Shown here in pieces: positions 1-8,666 of a DNA stretch of 20,000 nt. The first letter of the stretch is position 1, and every line of letters begins with the position of its first letter. A program made the position numbers and the translations under genes. Where the stretch lies: the IMG/VR virus record IMGVR_UViG_3300047323_000676. The stretch is one strand, 5' to 3'. Origin of the DNA: an uncultured virus (IMG/VR IMGVR_UViG_3300047323_000676) (Duplodnaviria > Heunggongvirae > Uroviricota > Caudoviricetes). Under the pieces are notes generated by a model. It was not told where the DNA came from and did no database searches. It saw only the letters and a program-made list of their open reading frames with translations.

Positions 1-33
1 GCGCATGTAAGATTTAAATACAATAAATTAAAT

Positions 34-63
34 AAGCCCCATCATGGGGCTTTTTCTTTTTTT
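34..63 (+). terminator. Rho-independent terminator of an upstream gene outside the window
   Basis: Hairpin AAGCCCCA-TCA-TGGGGCTT (34-52) followed by a long T tract. Confidence 0.85.
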
Positions 64-69
64 ATCTTC

Positions 70-78
70 TGATATAAT
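70..78 (+). promoter_or_regulatory. Extended -10 promoter element for 108..1064
   Basis: Perfect TGnTATAAT (TGATATAAT) about 30 nt upstream of ATG 108; AGGA SD at 95-98. Confidence 0.55.
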
Positions 79-107
79 TAATTTATTAATATTTAGGAAA
101 TATAATT

Positions 108-1064
108 ATGGAAAAAGATGTTATTATTTCACTCGCCAAATCATTTTTATCTGACCCTTATAGTGAAGATTTTTTAAAAAAACTTTCAGCAAAAAATCCT
201 AAGAAGTTTTTTAATAATCTTTCTAAATTAGATGAAAGACAAATAGTAAAAATTTTAAATGAACATCCTGAATATGCTAATATGGAACATGATGGTTGGC
301 ATGCCTTACATTATGCTGCAACATTAAACGATCATTTTATTGTTGAGAAATTTATAACCCTTGCAATTCGTCATGGATTGACTAGTTATCCAAGAACAGA
401 AAAATTTAAAAAAGATATACCTTCAGGAATGGGAGTATTAGAATTTTGTGCTGCAATGAACTGTGATAAATCCTTAGCTAAGTTTATTTCACATCTTGAT
501 AATCCTGAAAAACAAGATTACGGATATAGTATGCAGTATGCCATGCTGTATAACAGTACCAAAACAATTAAATTTTTACAAAAAATTGTTGGTCAAGAAA
601 AGTCACAAGAAGAAATGCTAGCTTTTTTTAACAACAGAGCTAGAATAAATTATGGATATAATTCAAATTTTAATCAGATATTCGAAAAACACTTTAAATA
701 TAACCCAGAAAGACTTGAAGATTATGGTGTAGATATTAAATATGAAAAAGAAGGAATGTCTAATTATTTTTCATTAGTTCTTAAAGCTATGAGCTATCAT
801 AGTGAACAATTAAATGAAGCAGGAATGGAGAGGATTCAAAAATGTATTTCTTATTTTATTGATAAAGGTTTTTCTTTTGACAAACCTGATGGAAAAAATG
901 AAAAGCCCCGTGATCATTTAAACGAATTTATAAAAAACATAGAATATCATAGTAGTTATATCGCAGAAAAAATTGAAAATTTTATTAAAGAAATAGAGTA
1001 TAAATCTTTAAATAACGAATTATCTCACAATGTAATGACCCAACCTAAAAAAATTAAAATTTAA
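108..1064 (+). CDS. Ankyrin-repeat protein with Lys-rich C-terminal tail
   Basis: Ank-like units DGWHALHYAATLNDHFIVEKFI, SGMGVLEFCAAMNCDKSLAKFI, YSMQYAMLYNSTKTIKFL, FIDKGFSFDKPDGKNEKPRDHL; ends LNNELSHNVMTQPKKIKI. Confidence 0.75.
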   Translation: MEKDVIISLAKSFLSDPYSEDFLKKLSAKNPKKFFNNLSKLDERQIVKILNEHPEYANMEHDGWHALHYAATLNDHFIVEKFITLAIRHGLTSYPRTEKFKKDIPSGMGVLEFCAAMNCDKSLAKFISHLDNPEKQDYGYSMQYAMLYNSTKTIKFLQKIVGQEKSQEEMLAFFNNRARINYGYNSNFNQIFEKHFKYNPERLEDYGVDIKYEKEGMSNYFSLVLKAMSYHSEQLNEAGMERIQKCISYFIDKGFSFDKPDGKNEKPRDHLNEFIKNIEYHSSYIAEKIENFIKEIEYKSLNNELSHNVMTQPKKIKI

Positions 1065-2833
1065 AGTTTTGTTGGCTTATTTATTTTTTTATGACTTGTA
1101 CTTAAAGTTGAGTTTAATTCAACAGTATTTGCTATAGTCAGAAATATTTTTGCGGAATCATCATGCTCAGCAAATGGTTCCACATCTTTTTTTATATTTT
1201 CCCATTTCTCATCAAAAAAACTTGATTCAATTTTTACATTATCATTTAAACAATCCTCCATAAAATATTTTGTAAATTTAAATGTATTGGATGGCTGTTT
1301 ATAAAGAGTATTTAAGATATCTTGCTTATGTCTAGTAGAATTGGCAAAATCCCATATTTTAGACCATTCATTTTTTATTTCTAATAAAATTTGTGCTTTT
1401 TCAAAATGTGACAAGTTTTTATAAATATTTAATAAAACCCCATTTTCATTAGATAAATCACTAATTGAGATTCCATTAGTTAATTGCATGGTTACAATTA
1501 TAGTATCTGTTATAAGATAGTTACCTGAAATAGTTTTTTTAGACCAATTTATATTTTTATCACTTATCCAATTTATTAAATTAGAAAATGATTTATGTGA
1601 AATATTTGAAGATGAATTATATTCATCAATATCTATAAAGTGAAAAAAATCAGGCTTAATATCTTGCCAATAGCTTTTAGGTGCATTTAAATATTCTTTT
1701 TTTAAGGGCAAATAACATTTAATATCATATAAGGCATTTGTATATTTTCTACCTTTAGTTTTGATAACTTCTTCTATTATTTTAGTATAATCAATTTCAT
1801 TATCTAAATTATTTAAATATTGCTTTAAAAATGCTTTTTTATTACTAATCAAATATGCTTTACTTGGAATGCAAGCAATAATTTGAGATAAATCAACATT
1901 AATATTCTTTTTCTTTTCAAATTTATTAACTAATTTTATTTTGCCAAATTCTAATAATCTTTCTTTTAAAGTTTGTTCTTGCCCTTTAATATTATAGTCA
2001 ATGCATTCTAAATTAATATTTTTTATATCTAAATCACGCAATAATTTTGAATAATTACTTTCATCATACATATGACAAGAAGAAAATACTAATCTACTTT
2101 TAAAGTCTATATTAGATGTTTTTTCAGTTGATATAGTTTGTATTATAGATTTACCTGATAAAAGTATTTCTTTTCTTGCTTCAAAAGATGTTTTTTGCCG
2201 TTCAGTCAAATAAACATTTTCCATGTGTAAAACAAAAACAGGCCATAATGTTTCTATATCATTTTTTTTATTGATAACGCTCCAAGGTTCAATACTGAAT
2301 ATTTTAGCTAGTTGCCTCATTTGAGGAAATGAACGAGTTCCTAGCATAAATTCATCTAATAATTCTTTATTATTGTTAATATCTAATCTTTCTCCAATTC
2401 GTAATAATATTTGATCTGAGGAAATGCTAGAGTTGAACATTTTTAAGGCCATATTTTTTAATTCATTTGGACTTTGTATAAATTCAGGCATGAAATGGTT
2501 TTCAAATGCAGGCTTTATTAAATTTTTAAAAGACATCATACTTAATTTAATAAATTTAATTTTTTTATTATTATCTTTTCGGCTACTAATTTCTATATTT
2601 TCTAAATTTTTCCATTTTAATCCTTTATAAAAAAGATGGCTAAATCCTTCTGCTAAAGAATCAACAATTTCTGTATCTAATTTATGATCCATAGCAAGGA
2701 ATATTAAATCTTCTACTAATTGTGTAAAATTATTTGGATCTTTATTTAAAGACTCATTAATTAAGTTTTTAACTAAATCAGCATCTATAATCTGACTAGA
2801 ATCATTAAGTGGTTTTAATTTTTGATATATCAT
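1061..2833 (-). CDS. Hypothetical large helical protein (possibly degenerate ankyrin-like) with Lys-rich C-terminal tail
   Basis: 590-aa ORF with AGGA SD; stop overlaps the convergent gene's stop at TTAA 1061-1064; one weak ank-like segment NINWSKKTISGNYLI; ends LNSTLSTSHKKINKPTKL. Confidence 0.75.
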   Translation of the reverse strand: MIYQKLKPLNDSSQIIDADLVKNLINESLNKDPNNFTQLVEDLIFLAMDHKLDTEIVDSLAEGFSHLFYKGLKWKNLENIEISSRKDNNKKIKFIKLSMMSFKNLIKPAFENHFMPEFIQSPNELKNMALKMFNSSISSDQILLRIGERLDINNNKELLDEFMLGTRSFPQMRQLAKIFSIEPWSVINKKNDIETLWPVFVLHMENVYLTERQKTSFEARKEILLSGKSIIQTISTEKTSNIDFKSRLVFSSCHMYDESNYSKLLRDLDIKNINLECIDYNIKGQEQTLKERLLEFGKIKLVNKFEKKKNINVDLSQIIACIPSKAYLISNKKAFLKQYLNNLDNEIDYTKIIEEVIKTKGRKYTNALYDIKCYLPLKKEYLNAPKSYWQDIKPDFFHFIDIDEYNSSSNISHKSFSNLINWISDKNINWSKKTISGNYLITDTIIVTMQLTNGISISDLSNENGVLLNIYKNLSHFEKAQILLEIKNEWSKIWDFANSTRHKQDILNTLYKQPSNTFKFTKYFMEDCLNDNVKIESSFFDEKWENIKKDVEPFAEHDDSAKIFLTIANTVELNSTLSTSHKKINKPTKL

Positions 2834-2850
2834 AATTTTTCCTATATAAT
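2822..2850 (+). promoter_or_regulatory. Sigma70-like promoter for 2898..4805 and probably 4816..5982
   Basis: TTGATA(2822-2827)-N17-TATAAT(2845-2850); GGAGG SD at 2884-2888. Confidence 0.6.
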
Positions 2851-2852
2851 TT

Positions 2853-2880
2853 ATGATATCAAACCTAAATTAAAAGTCTA
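2853..2880 (-). promoter_or_regulatory. Divergent sigma70-like promoter for 1061..2833
   Basis: Minus strand TAGACT-N16-TATCAT with a TG extension. Confidence 0.4.
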
Positions 2881-2897
2881 ACTGGAGGCAGTAATAG

Positions 2898-4805
2898 ATG
2901 CAATCGGAATTAATGAATAAAATAAATAATTATAAAAATCCTTATATTGCCTTAGCTAATTCACTCAAAAATCAATATCATGAACAAGGCCAAGGTTTAA
3001 TTGAATTAATAAGGTTTATTACTAAAAATGCTAAAGATGATATAAACGAAGTATTTTTTGATATCAGTAAAACTCATTATAAGGAAAATAATGAATATAA
3101 ATCTTGTTATAAAATTAAAAGAATAAATATTTTAGACATATTAGTGAATATTAAATATGATGAAGATTTTGGATGGGAAACAGGAAAACCTAAAGAATTA
3201 TTTGTATTATTAGAAAAAGCCGGATTTAATTTTACGAAAGATTCACCTACTTGGTTTATTAAAGAAAAAGATTATATTAAAATTAATAATATTGAAAATA
3301 AAGCAGAAATTTTAAATAACATAAAAGAACTATCTTTTGCCAAGGAAGTAGATAATACTATATTCGGTTTAGAGAATAATCCCGAACATAAAAGCATAGC
3401 TTTATTAAGTCATGTATTTAGTCAAATGTTTCCTGAAGATTTTATTGAAAAAATTGCTAAATATAAAACCTTACATAATGCAGTCAAGTTTAGTCAGCAT
3501 GAACTAATTGAATTTTTAGTAGAAGGTTGCAATGTAGATATTAATTTAAAAGATAATGAATCTTGCACACCTCTTTTTTATTGTGAAACTTTAGAAACAT
3601 TAGAATTTATAAGCAAGTATAAGCTTGATTGGTTTAGTAAAAATACTCTTGGTAAAGAGTGTTTATCTTTTTTTGCAGGAGTAGAAGATAAGTTAGAAAG
3701 TAATAAAATGATTAGTTTTTCTCAAAAAACTATTAATGCTGAAATGAAAGATAATCCTAATATTGATTTACCATCCAATTATTTACAAGAAAAAATTCGT
3801 AATAGTCTTCTAGAAATGGTTCAGGTCAATAGAAATAAAAAGGATCTAGAAGAATTTATGAAAAGAAATAATGTAACTTCAGTATCTGATATTTTTGATG
3901 AGGATGGTAATTCTTTAGCTCAAATGTGTTTAATGCGTAATAATTGGGCAAGATATAGTATTTTTAAAGATCACTATCCTATGGATCACTTAAATAATAA
4001 TGGAATAGGAAGCTTAGAAATAATATTTTCATTGCGTAGGGTTTTAAATGAAGAAAAAGCTAAACAAGTATTTGATGAACTTTTATTAAATGGTTTACAA
4101 TATAAGCATGGAAATTTTTCTTTAAATATTTTAAAAGAATATATGAGTAATTCTTCAACTTTTGATTTACCTAATTGGTATATGAATATTGAAAAGAATA
4201 AAAATGATGACTTTCAATCATTTGCTCAATTATTAGTTGGTGAAGAATATGCTTACAAATTTGTAGATGATTATAAAAAAGCAAAGGAAACTTATTCTGA
4301 AGAAGAAAGAATAAAAGCAGTGGTTTATTTGCTTTTAACTCATACTGCAATGTATGTAGAAAATGTTAAATGTGATTTGCCAATAGATGAAATTTTTTAT
4401 CAACATAAAGGTTATTATAAAAAAGATATTCAATTCAAAATTGAAAAACAAAAATTACAATATTTATTAAAAACACTCGATGTAATTGATCAAAACCAGC
4501 ATTTACATAAAATTGATTACTCATTAGTTTGGAATAAATTTGAGAAAAATGCAGTCGAACATTTAGTTAAATCTTATCATGAGAATCAAGATAACATAAC
4601 AGCTTTTATTAATGAGAATCAAACTTTAATGAATGCATTAGTAGATAGAGATAGTAAATTATTTAAATCAATATTAAATGACGAATTTATAGAAAATATT
4701 AGGATAAATAAAGAACTTGGGATAAAATTAGAATATGCATTATTATCTCGTGAAACTAATGAAATAAATAATACGGCAAAAAATAAAAAAGCTAATAAAA
4801 TTTAA
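2898..4805 (+). CDS. Ankyrin-repeat protein with Lys-rich C-terminal tail
   Basis: Clear ank repeat TLHNAVKFSQHELIEFLVEGCNVDINLKDNESCTPLFY plus DEDGNSLAQMCL and NNNGIGSLEII; GGAGG SD; ends KLEYALLSRETNEINNTAKNKKANKI. Confidence 0.8.
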   Translation: MQSELMNKINNYKNPYIALANSLKNQYHEQGQGLIELIRFITKNAKDDINEVFFDISKTHYKENNEYKSCYKIKRINILDILVNIKYDEDFGWETGKPKELFVLLEKAGFNFTKDSPTWFIKEKDYIKINNIENKAEILNNIKELSFAKEVDNTIFGLENNPEHKSIALLSHVFSQMFPEDFIEKIAKYKTLHNAVKFSQHELIEFLVEGCNVDINLKDNESCTPLFYCETLETLEFISKYKLDWFSKNTLGKECLSFFAGVEDKLESNKMISFSQKTINAEMKDNPNIDLPSNYLQEKIRNSLLEMVQVNRNKKDLEEFMKRNNVTSVSDIFDEDGNSLAQMCLMRNNWARYSIFKDHYPMDHLNNNGIGSLEIIFSLRRVLNEEKAKQVFDELLLNGLQYKHGNFSLNILKEYMSNSSTFDLPNWYMNIEKNKNDDFQSFAQLLVGEEYAYKFVDDYKKAKETYSEEERIKAVVYLLLTHTAMYVENVKCDLPIDEIFYQHKGYYKKDIQFKIEKQKLQYLLKTLDVIDQNQHLHKIDYSLVWNKFEKNAVEHLVKSYHENQDNITAFINENQTLMNALVDRDSKLFKSILNDEFIENIRINKELGIKLEYALLSRETNEINNTAKNKKANKI

Positions 4806-4815
4806 GGAAAATTAT

Positions 4816-5982
4816 ATGACAGAAAAACAAAAAAAAGTAGAACTTACAAATGAACAAATTGCTTTAGCAGCAGAAAAACAAAGACAGTTAGAAAAAGTAG
4901 CTGAAGATAATTGTATCTTGCGAGTGGTAGCAGGATCTAACGCTTATGGAACAAATAATCCTTCAAGTGATTGGGATGAAAGAGGTATATTTGTAGATGA
5001 AATGCCTCGTATAATTCTACCATTTGAAAAAATTGAACAAGTAACTTTAACCCGTGATGATATTGTCCTTTATGAATTATCTAAGTATATGCCTTTGCTA
5101 TTGGCACAAAATCCTAATGTAATTGAGCTTATTTGGACTGAAGAAAATGACATTCTCCATAAAGATGAATTAGGTCAATTATTATTGGATAATAGAAAAG
5201 AATTTTTATCTAAACAAGTGAAGGATAGCTATGTTGGATATGCTCAATCACAATTAAAGCGTATTAAAGGACATAATAAATGGATTAATAGTCCACAACC
5301 TGAAAAAGAACCTGAGAGAAAAGACTTCACTTCTGTAGTTTGGAACAACACTGATATAAAAGAATTTAACAAAAAAGTTCCATTTGAAGGTTTCTTGGCT
5401 TTTGATTTAGGTGATTATCATTATGCATTAATTTCTACCGAAAAATTACAAACTACTAGAAAACCTTGGATTGATAATAAGGGAAATATTAATCCTGTTA
5501 TTAAAGCTGATGTATCTAAAGTTAACCCTAATAATTTAAAACCAGATTTAATTGTTAAGTTAAATGCTAAATTATACGAAGAGCATCATACAAATTGGAA
5601 AGCATATTGGAATTGGAAAGAACATAGAAATGAAAAACGCTCTGAATTAGAGGAGAAGTTTGGATATGATGTTAAGCATGCTATGCATTTAATTCGTTTA
5701 TTAAGAAGTGGTTTAGATATATTAGAACATGGAATTGTTCCAGTAAGAAGACCTGATAGAGAATACTTATTAGATATTCGTAATGGGAAATATACATATG
5801 AAGAAATTATTGCAGAAAGTGAAAAGCTTACAAAACGAGTAGAAGAGATAAGTAAAAAATCTGCTTTACCTGATGAGCCAAATCATGCTTTAGCAAAACA
5901 AATTATGCTTGATATATATACAAAGCAATGGAATCTTTCTCCAAAAGAGGTTAATAAGGTAAAATCTGGTATTAAACCATAA
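4816..5982 (+). CDS. DNA polymerase-beta superfamily nucleotidyltransferase, RlaP/YcgL-like
   Basis: GS-x-AYG...SDxD motif (VAGSNAYGTNNPSSDWDERGIF), NPNVIEL, and C-terminal KFGYDVKHAMHLIRLL...LLDIRNG...LPDEPN typical of this family. Confidence 0.88.
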   Translation: MTEKQKKVELTNEQIALAAEKQRQLEKVAEDNCILRVVAGSNAYGTNNPSSDWDERGIFVDEMPRIILPFEKIEQVTLTRDDIVLYELSKYMPLLLAQNPNVIELIWTEENDILHKDELGQLLLDNRKEFLSKQVKDSYVGYAQSQLKRIKGHNKWINSPQPEKEPERKDFTSVVWNNTDIKEFNKKVPFEGFLAFDLGDYHYALISTEKLQTTRKPWIDNKGNINPVIKADVSKVNPNNLKPDLIVKLNAKLYEEHHTNWKAYWNWKEHRNEKRSELEEKFGYDVKHAMHLIRLLRSGLDILEHGIVPVRRPDREYLLDIRNGKYTYEEIIAESEKLTKRVEEISKKSALPDEPNHALAKQIMLDIYTKQWNLSPKEVNKVKSGIKP

Positions 5983-6012
5983 AAATAAGCCCTGGGAACA
6001 GGGCTTGTTTTT
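5982..6012. terminator. Bidirectional intrinsic terminator between convergent genes
   Basis: AAGCCCTG-GGAA-CAGGGCTT (5987-6006; GNRA loop) flanked by an A run on the left and a T run on the right. Confidence 0.85.
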
Positions 6013-7561
6013 AATCATCAGAGTTGGATTTAATTAATTTTTCACCATTTTTTAATCTGGTAAAAAATTCTATTAAGCTGTCTTTGAATTGGAATACTTG
6101 TTTATCTACTCTATCAATTTCTTTTAACCAATCTAAATAGTGCTCTAATTCATATTTTTCTTTTATTTTTTTATACTGAGCTTCTGTTAAGAAGGATCTC
6201 TCATTTAATGATAAATTTAATGTATCAATTCCAACTTTATTATTTCCATTATTAGATGCCCATTTGCCAAAACCAGATATAAAACTTGTTATATAAAGCT
6301 GGTCAGATAAAGAAACTTCCTTATTATTAATTTTAATTAAATTATAAAGAAGGTTAGATACAAATACTTCAACATCTTTTAAATTTTTTTCATGATAGTC
6401 TTGGAATACATTTAATACTGAAAGAAATGACTCGAAATCTATATCTTCATGAGTAATTGGTTTAGAGAAATCAGTAATTACACGCTTAAATGCATATAAT
6501 GTTTTATTGATTTTACTAGGCCAATTAAAATTATTTATTTCTTTGATTGCATCATCAAGATAATTTTTAATTTCTGCTCCAATTTCTATTTGTTTTAAAA
6601 TTAATGTTTCAGATTGTCTCATATATCCTACTGGACAAGAAACCATACGAGTTGTTCCGATAAACCCATCTACAGGTTTATGGAAGTGTCCATGAATCCA
6701 AATATCGGGTGAAAAATTATGCTCAAAAAATTGATAAGCACTGTTTACATAAAAGCCCATCATTAAAATATCTTTTTCTGGTGGGATTTTTTGCTTAGAA
6801 TATTCTTGGTAAACTGCCTTATTGTTAATGTAAGGTGCAGTAAGAATATGCTCGTGCATATTTTGCTTTTTCATCCAAAAATCAGGAATAGGTAAGTGAT
6901 GAGTTACCACTACAGTTTTTCCATCAAATGGCTCAATAATCTTATTTTCAATAAAATCAACTGTAGCAGCATTTTCTTCCATTTGAATTAATGGATTAAA
7001 ACTCTGATTCGCAATTAAGTTAGTTGCTTGTTCTGGATCAACACCGTTTTTTACTAGCAATTTAAACATTTCATCTACTTTTGCAGAATTTTGATAAAAT
7101 TTTCTAGCTGTAATTTTTCTAAAATCAGCCATTGAAAAGAAATGTTTAAGGATATAGTTACGCTTTGACCATGCCCAGCTTTCACCTAACTCTGTCCACA
7201 TGGTAGCACCAAGAAATCGTACACCATGTATTATAACTTCATCATTATGAAGAAAATGAACATGCTTATATTCTGGTTGCTGAACTTTTTCTCTTAAAGT
7301 ATCTATAACTTCATAATAATCATGATTCCAAAACTCATGATTACCGCAAACATAAATTGTCTCTACATTAAATTGAGAAGCCCATTCAATGCCAGCATCA
7401 TTTTCAGAAATATCCCCAGCACAAATTAGTATAGGATTATTTCCTTCTTTTTTGCATGTATTAAGTTGTAAACTTAATTGTTCTGCAAATTGTTTTTGCA
7501 TTTCTAATGGTCTGCCCTCTAGATGTAAGTCATCTACTAAAAATAAAATAACCTTACCCAT
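6011..7561 (-). CDS. Calcineurin-like metallophosphoesterase with about 190-aa C-terminal extension
   Basis: Complete motif set DDLH, AGDI, GNHE, THHLP, WIHGHFH. Confidence 0.88.
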   Translation of the reverse strand: MGKVILFLVDDLHLEGRPLEMQKQFAEQLSLQLNTCKKEGNNPILICAGDISENDAGIEWASQFNVETIYVCGNHEFWNHDYYEVIDTLREKVQQPEYKHVHFLHNDEVIIHGVRFLGATMWTELGESWAWSKRNYILKHFFSMADFRKITARKFYQNSAKVDEMFKLLVKNGVDPEQATNLIANQSFNPLIQMEENAATVDFIENKIIEPFDGKTVVVTHHLPIPDFWMKKQNMHEHILTAPYINNKAVYQEYSKQKIPPEKDILMMGFYVNSAYQFFEHNFSPDIWIHGHFHKPVDGFIGTTRMVSCPVGYMRQSETLILKQIEIGAEIKNYLDDAIKEINNFNWPSKINKTLYAFKRVITDFSKPITHEDIDFESFLSVLNVFQDYHEKNLKDVEVFVSNLLYNLIKINNKEVSLSDQLYITSFISGFGKWASNNGNNKVGIDTLNLSLNERSFLTEAQYKKIKEKYELEHYLDWLKEIDRVDKQVFQFKDSLIEFFTRLKNGEKLIKSNSDD

Positions 7562-7580
7562 ATGGTCCCTGAATGTAATT

Positions 7581-7620
7581 GTTGTGTAATATAAATTACA
7601 TAACTTTTAAGCAAAGTCAA
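7581..7620 (-). promoter_or_regulatory. Putative promoter (-35 TTGACT) overlapped by an operator-like palindrome
   Basis: TTGACT at 7620-7615 on the minus strand; palindrome GTTGTGTAAT-ATAA-ATTACATAAC (7581-7604, 9/10 paired) covers the -10/TSS region; -10 is not a clean match. Confidence 0.4.
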
Positions 7621-7638
7621 AAGAAATATAATGATTTT

Positions 7639-7848
7639 TTATACAGAATTATCTTTTTTATGTAAAGATTGTTTAATAGCTGTTAATATTTCCAGTAAAC
7701 CATCAATAACAGCAGGGTCTGTCTTAGAATTAAATGTAGTATCTCCATACATTACAATATCGTTTAATCCATTTTCAAAAGTTATTCCGTTTCCATTTCC
7801 AACAGTCACAGATTGTGATTCATTTTCAAAAGGTTTAAAGTTATTCAT
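7639..7848 (-). CDS. Small hypothetical protein (69 aa, MNNFKPFENESQSVTVG...)
   Basis: Start moved from 7890 to ATG 7848, which has GGAG 8 nt upstream and overlaps the stop of the peptidase gene (translational coupling). Confidence 0.7.
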   Translation of the reverse strand: MNNFKPFENESQSVTVGNGNGITFENGLNDIVMYGDTTFNSKTDPAVIDGLLEILTAIKQSLHKKDNSV

Positions 7849-8662
7849 TATGTACGCTCCTATCAACTTGTTTTGAAAAATAATTTTCATTCATAAATTT
7901 TAAATATGAAGCAAATCCCTTTTGAGCAATAATTTCAACTGTCTCAAAATTTTTTAATTTACTATTATTACCCATGTATTCTAATAGAGTTGGCATAGAA
8001 AAGCCAGAACCATAAAAATTATTTATAGGATGTTTATTGAAATTATCAATTCTCTTTTTACTTAATATTAAAATTGGTTGAAAATTTTTTTTGTTTTCTA
8101 TTAGCCAGGATATTCCATAAATATCAGCATATATCTCATGATAAACTGCAATTGGTGGGGCAATCTTAAATGCGCATTTTTTACACTCTAAAGTATTGAT
8201 GGATAAATCAGTTTGTATTTGTATCTGTTGATTCAATAGTTTTAATTGCTCATCTTTAATAACCCAATTAAAATCATTTTTATAAAATATTTTTTTACCT
8301 AAAATACAATGGCCTACTTCATGTGCTAGAATGAATTGAAAATCATCATTGAAATTATTCATTAGTAGAGGTGTTTTATCATGATAATTTATATTTATTT
8401 TACATTGTTCATTTTGAGCATCTGTATAAGAGCTAGTGTCATATTGTTCTCCTATATTAATATTTAACAATATGAAAGGAATATGACTACCATCTTTTGA
8501 TATTATATTTTTTAATTCACTCTCAGCTATGTCTTTAATTAGAGTATGATCATTTATGATATTATAATTAATAATAAATTTATCTTCGGCTAACCCAACA
8601 GAATGAAAAAAGGGGCAAACAGAGAAAGTAGCCCCTAAAATTATTTTTTTGATTAAATGCAT
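7841..8662 (-). CDS. Putative secreted HExxH zinc metallopeptidase (M48/ImmA-IrrE-like zincin)
   Basis: ILAHEVGHCIL plus downstream HEIYADIYG (ExxAD third-ligand motif); from ATG 8662 the N-terminus MHLIKKIILGATFSVCPFFHSVGLA-E resembles a signal peptide. Confidence 0.7.
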   Translation of the reverse strand: MHLIKKIILGATFSVCPFFHSVGLAEDKFIINYNIINDHTLIKDIAESELKNIISKDGSHIPFILLNINIGEQYDTSSYTDAQNEQCKININYHDKTPLLMNNFNDDFQFILAHEVGHCILGKKIFYKNDFNWVIKDEQLKLLNQQIQIQTDLSINTLECKKCAFKIAPPIAVYHEIYADIYGISWLIENKKNFQPILILSKKRIDNFNKHPINNFYGSGFSMPTLLEYMGNNSKLKNFETVEIIAQKGFASYLKFMNENYFSKQVDRSVHNE

Positions 8663-8666
8663 AAAT

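Noticed and set aside
2424..2630. 68-aa plus-strand ORF
   Set aside because: Entirely antisense to the 590-aa gene; F/I/L-rich shadow-ORF composition
7389..7876. Plus-strand ORFs 7389..7589 and 7631..7876
   Set aside because: Antisense shadows of the phosphoesterase and the 69-aa gene; no SD or motifs
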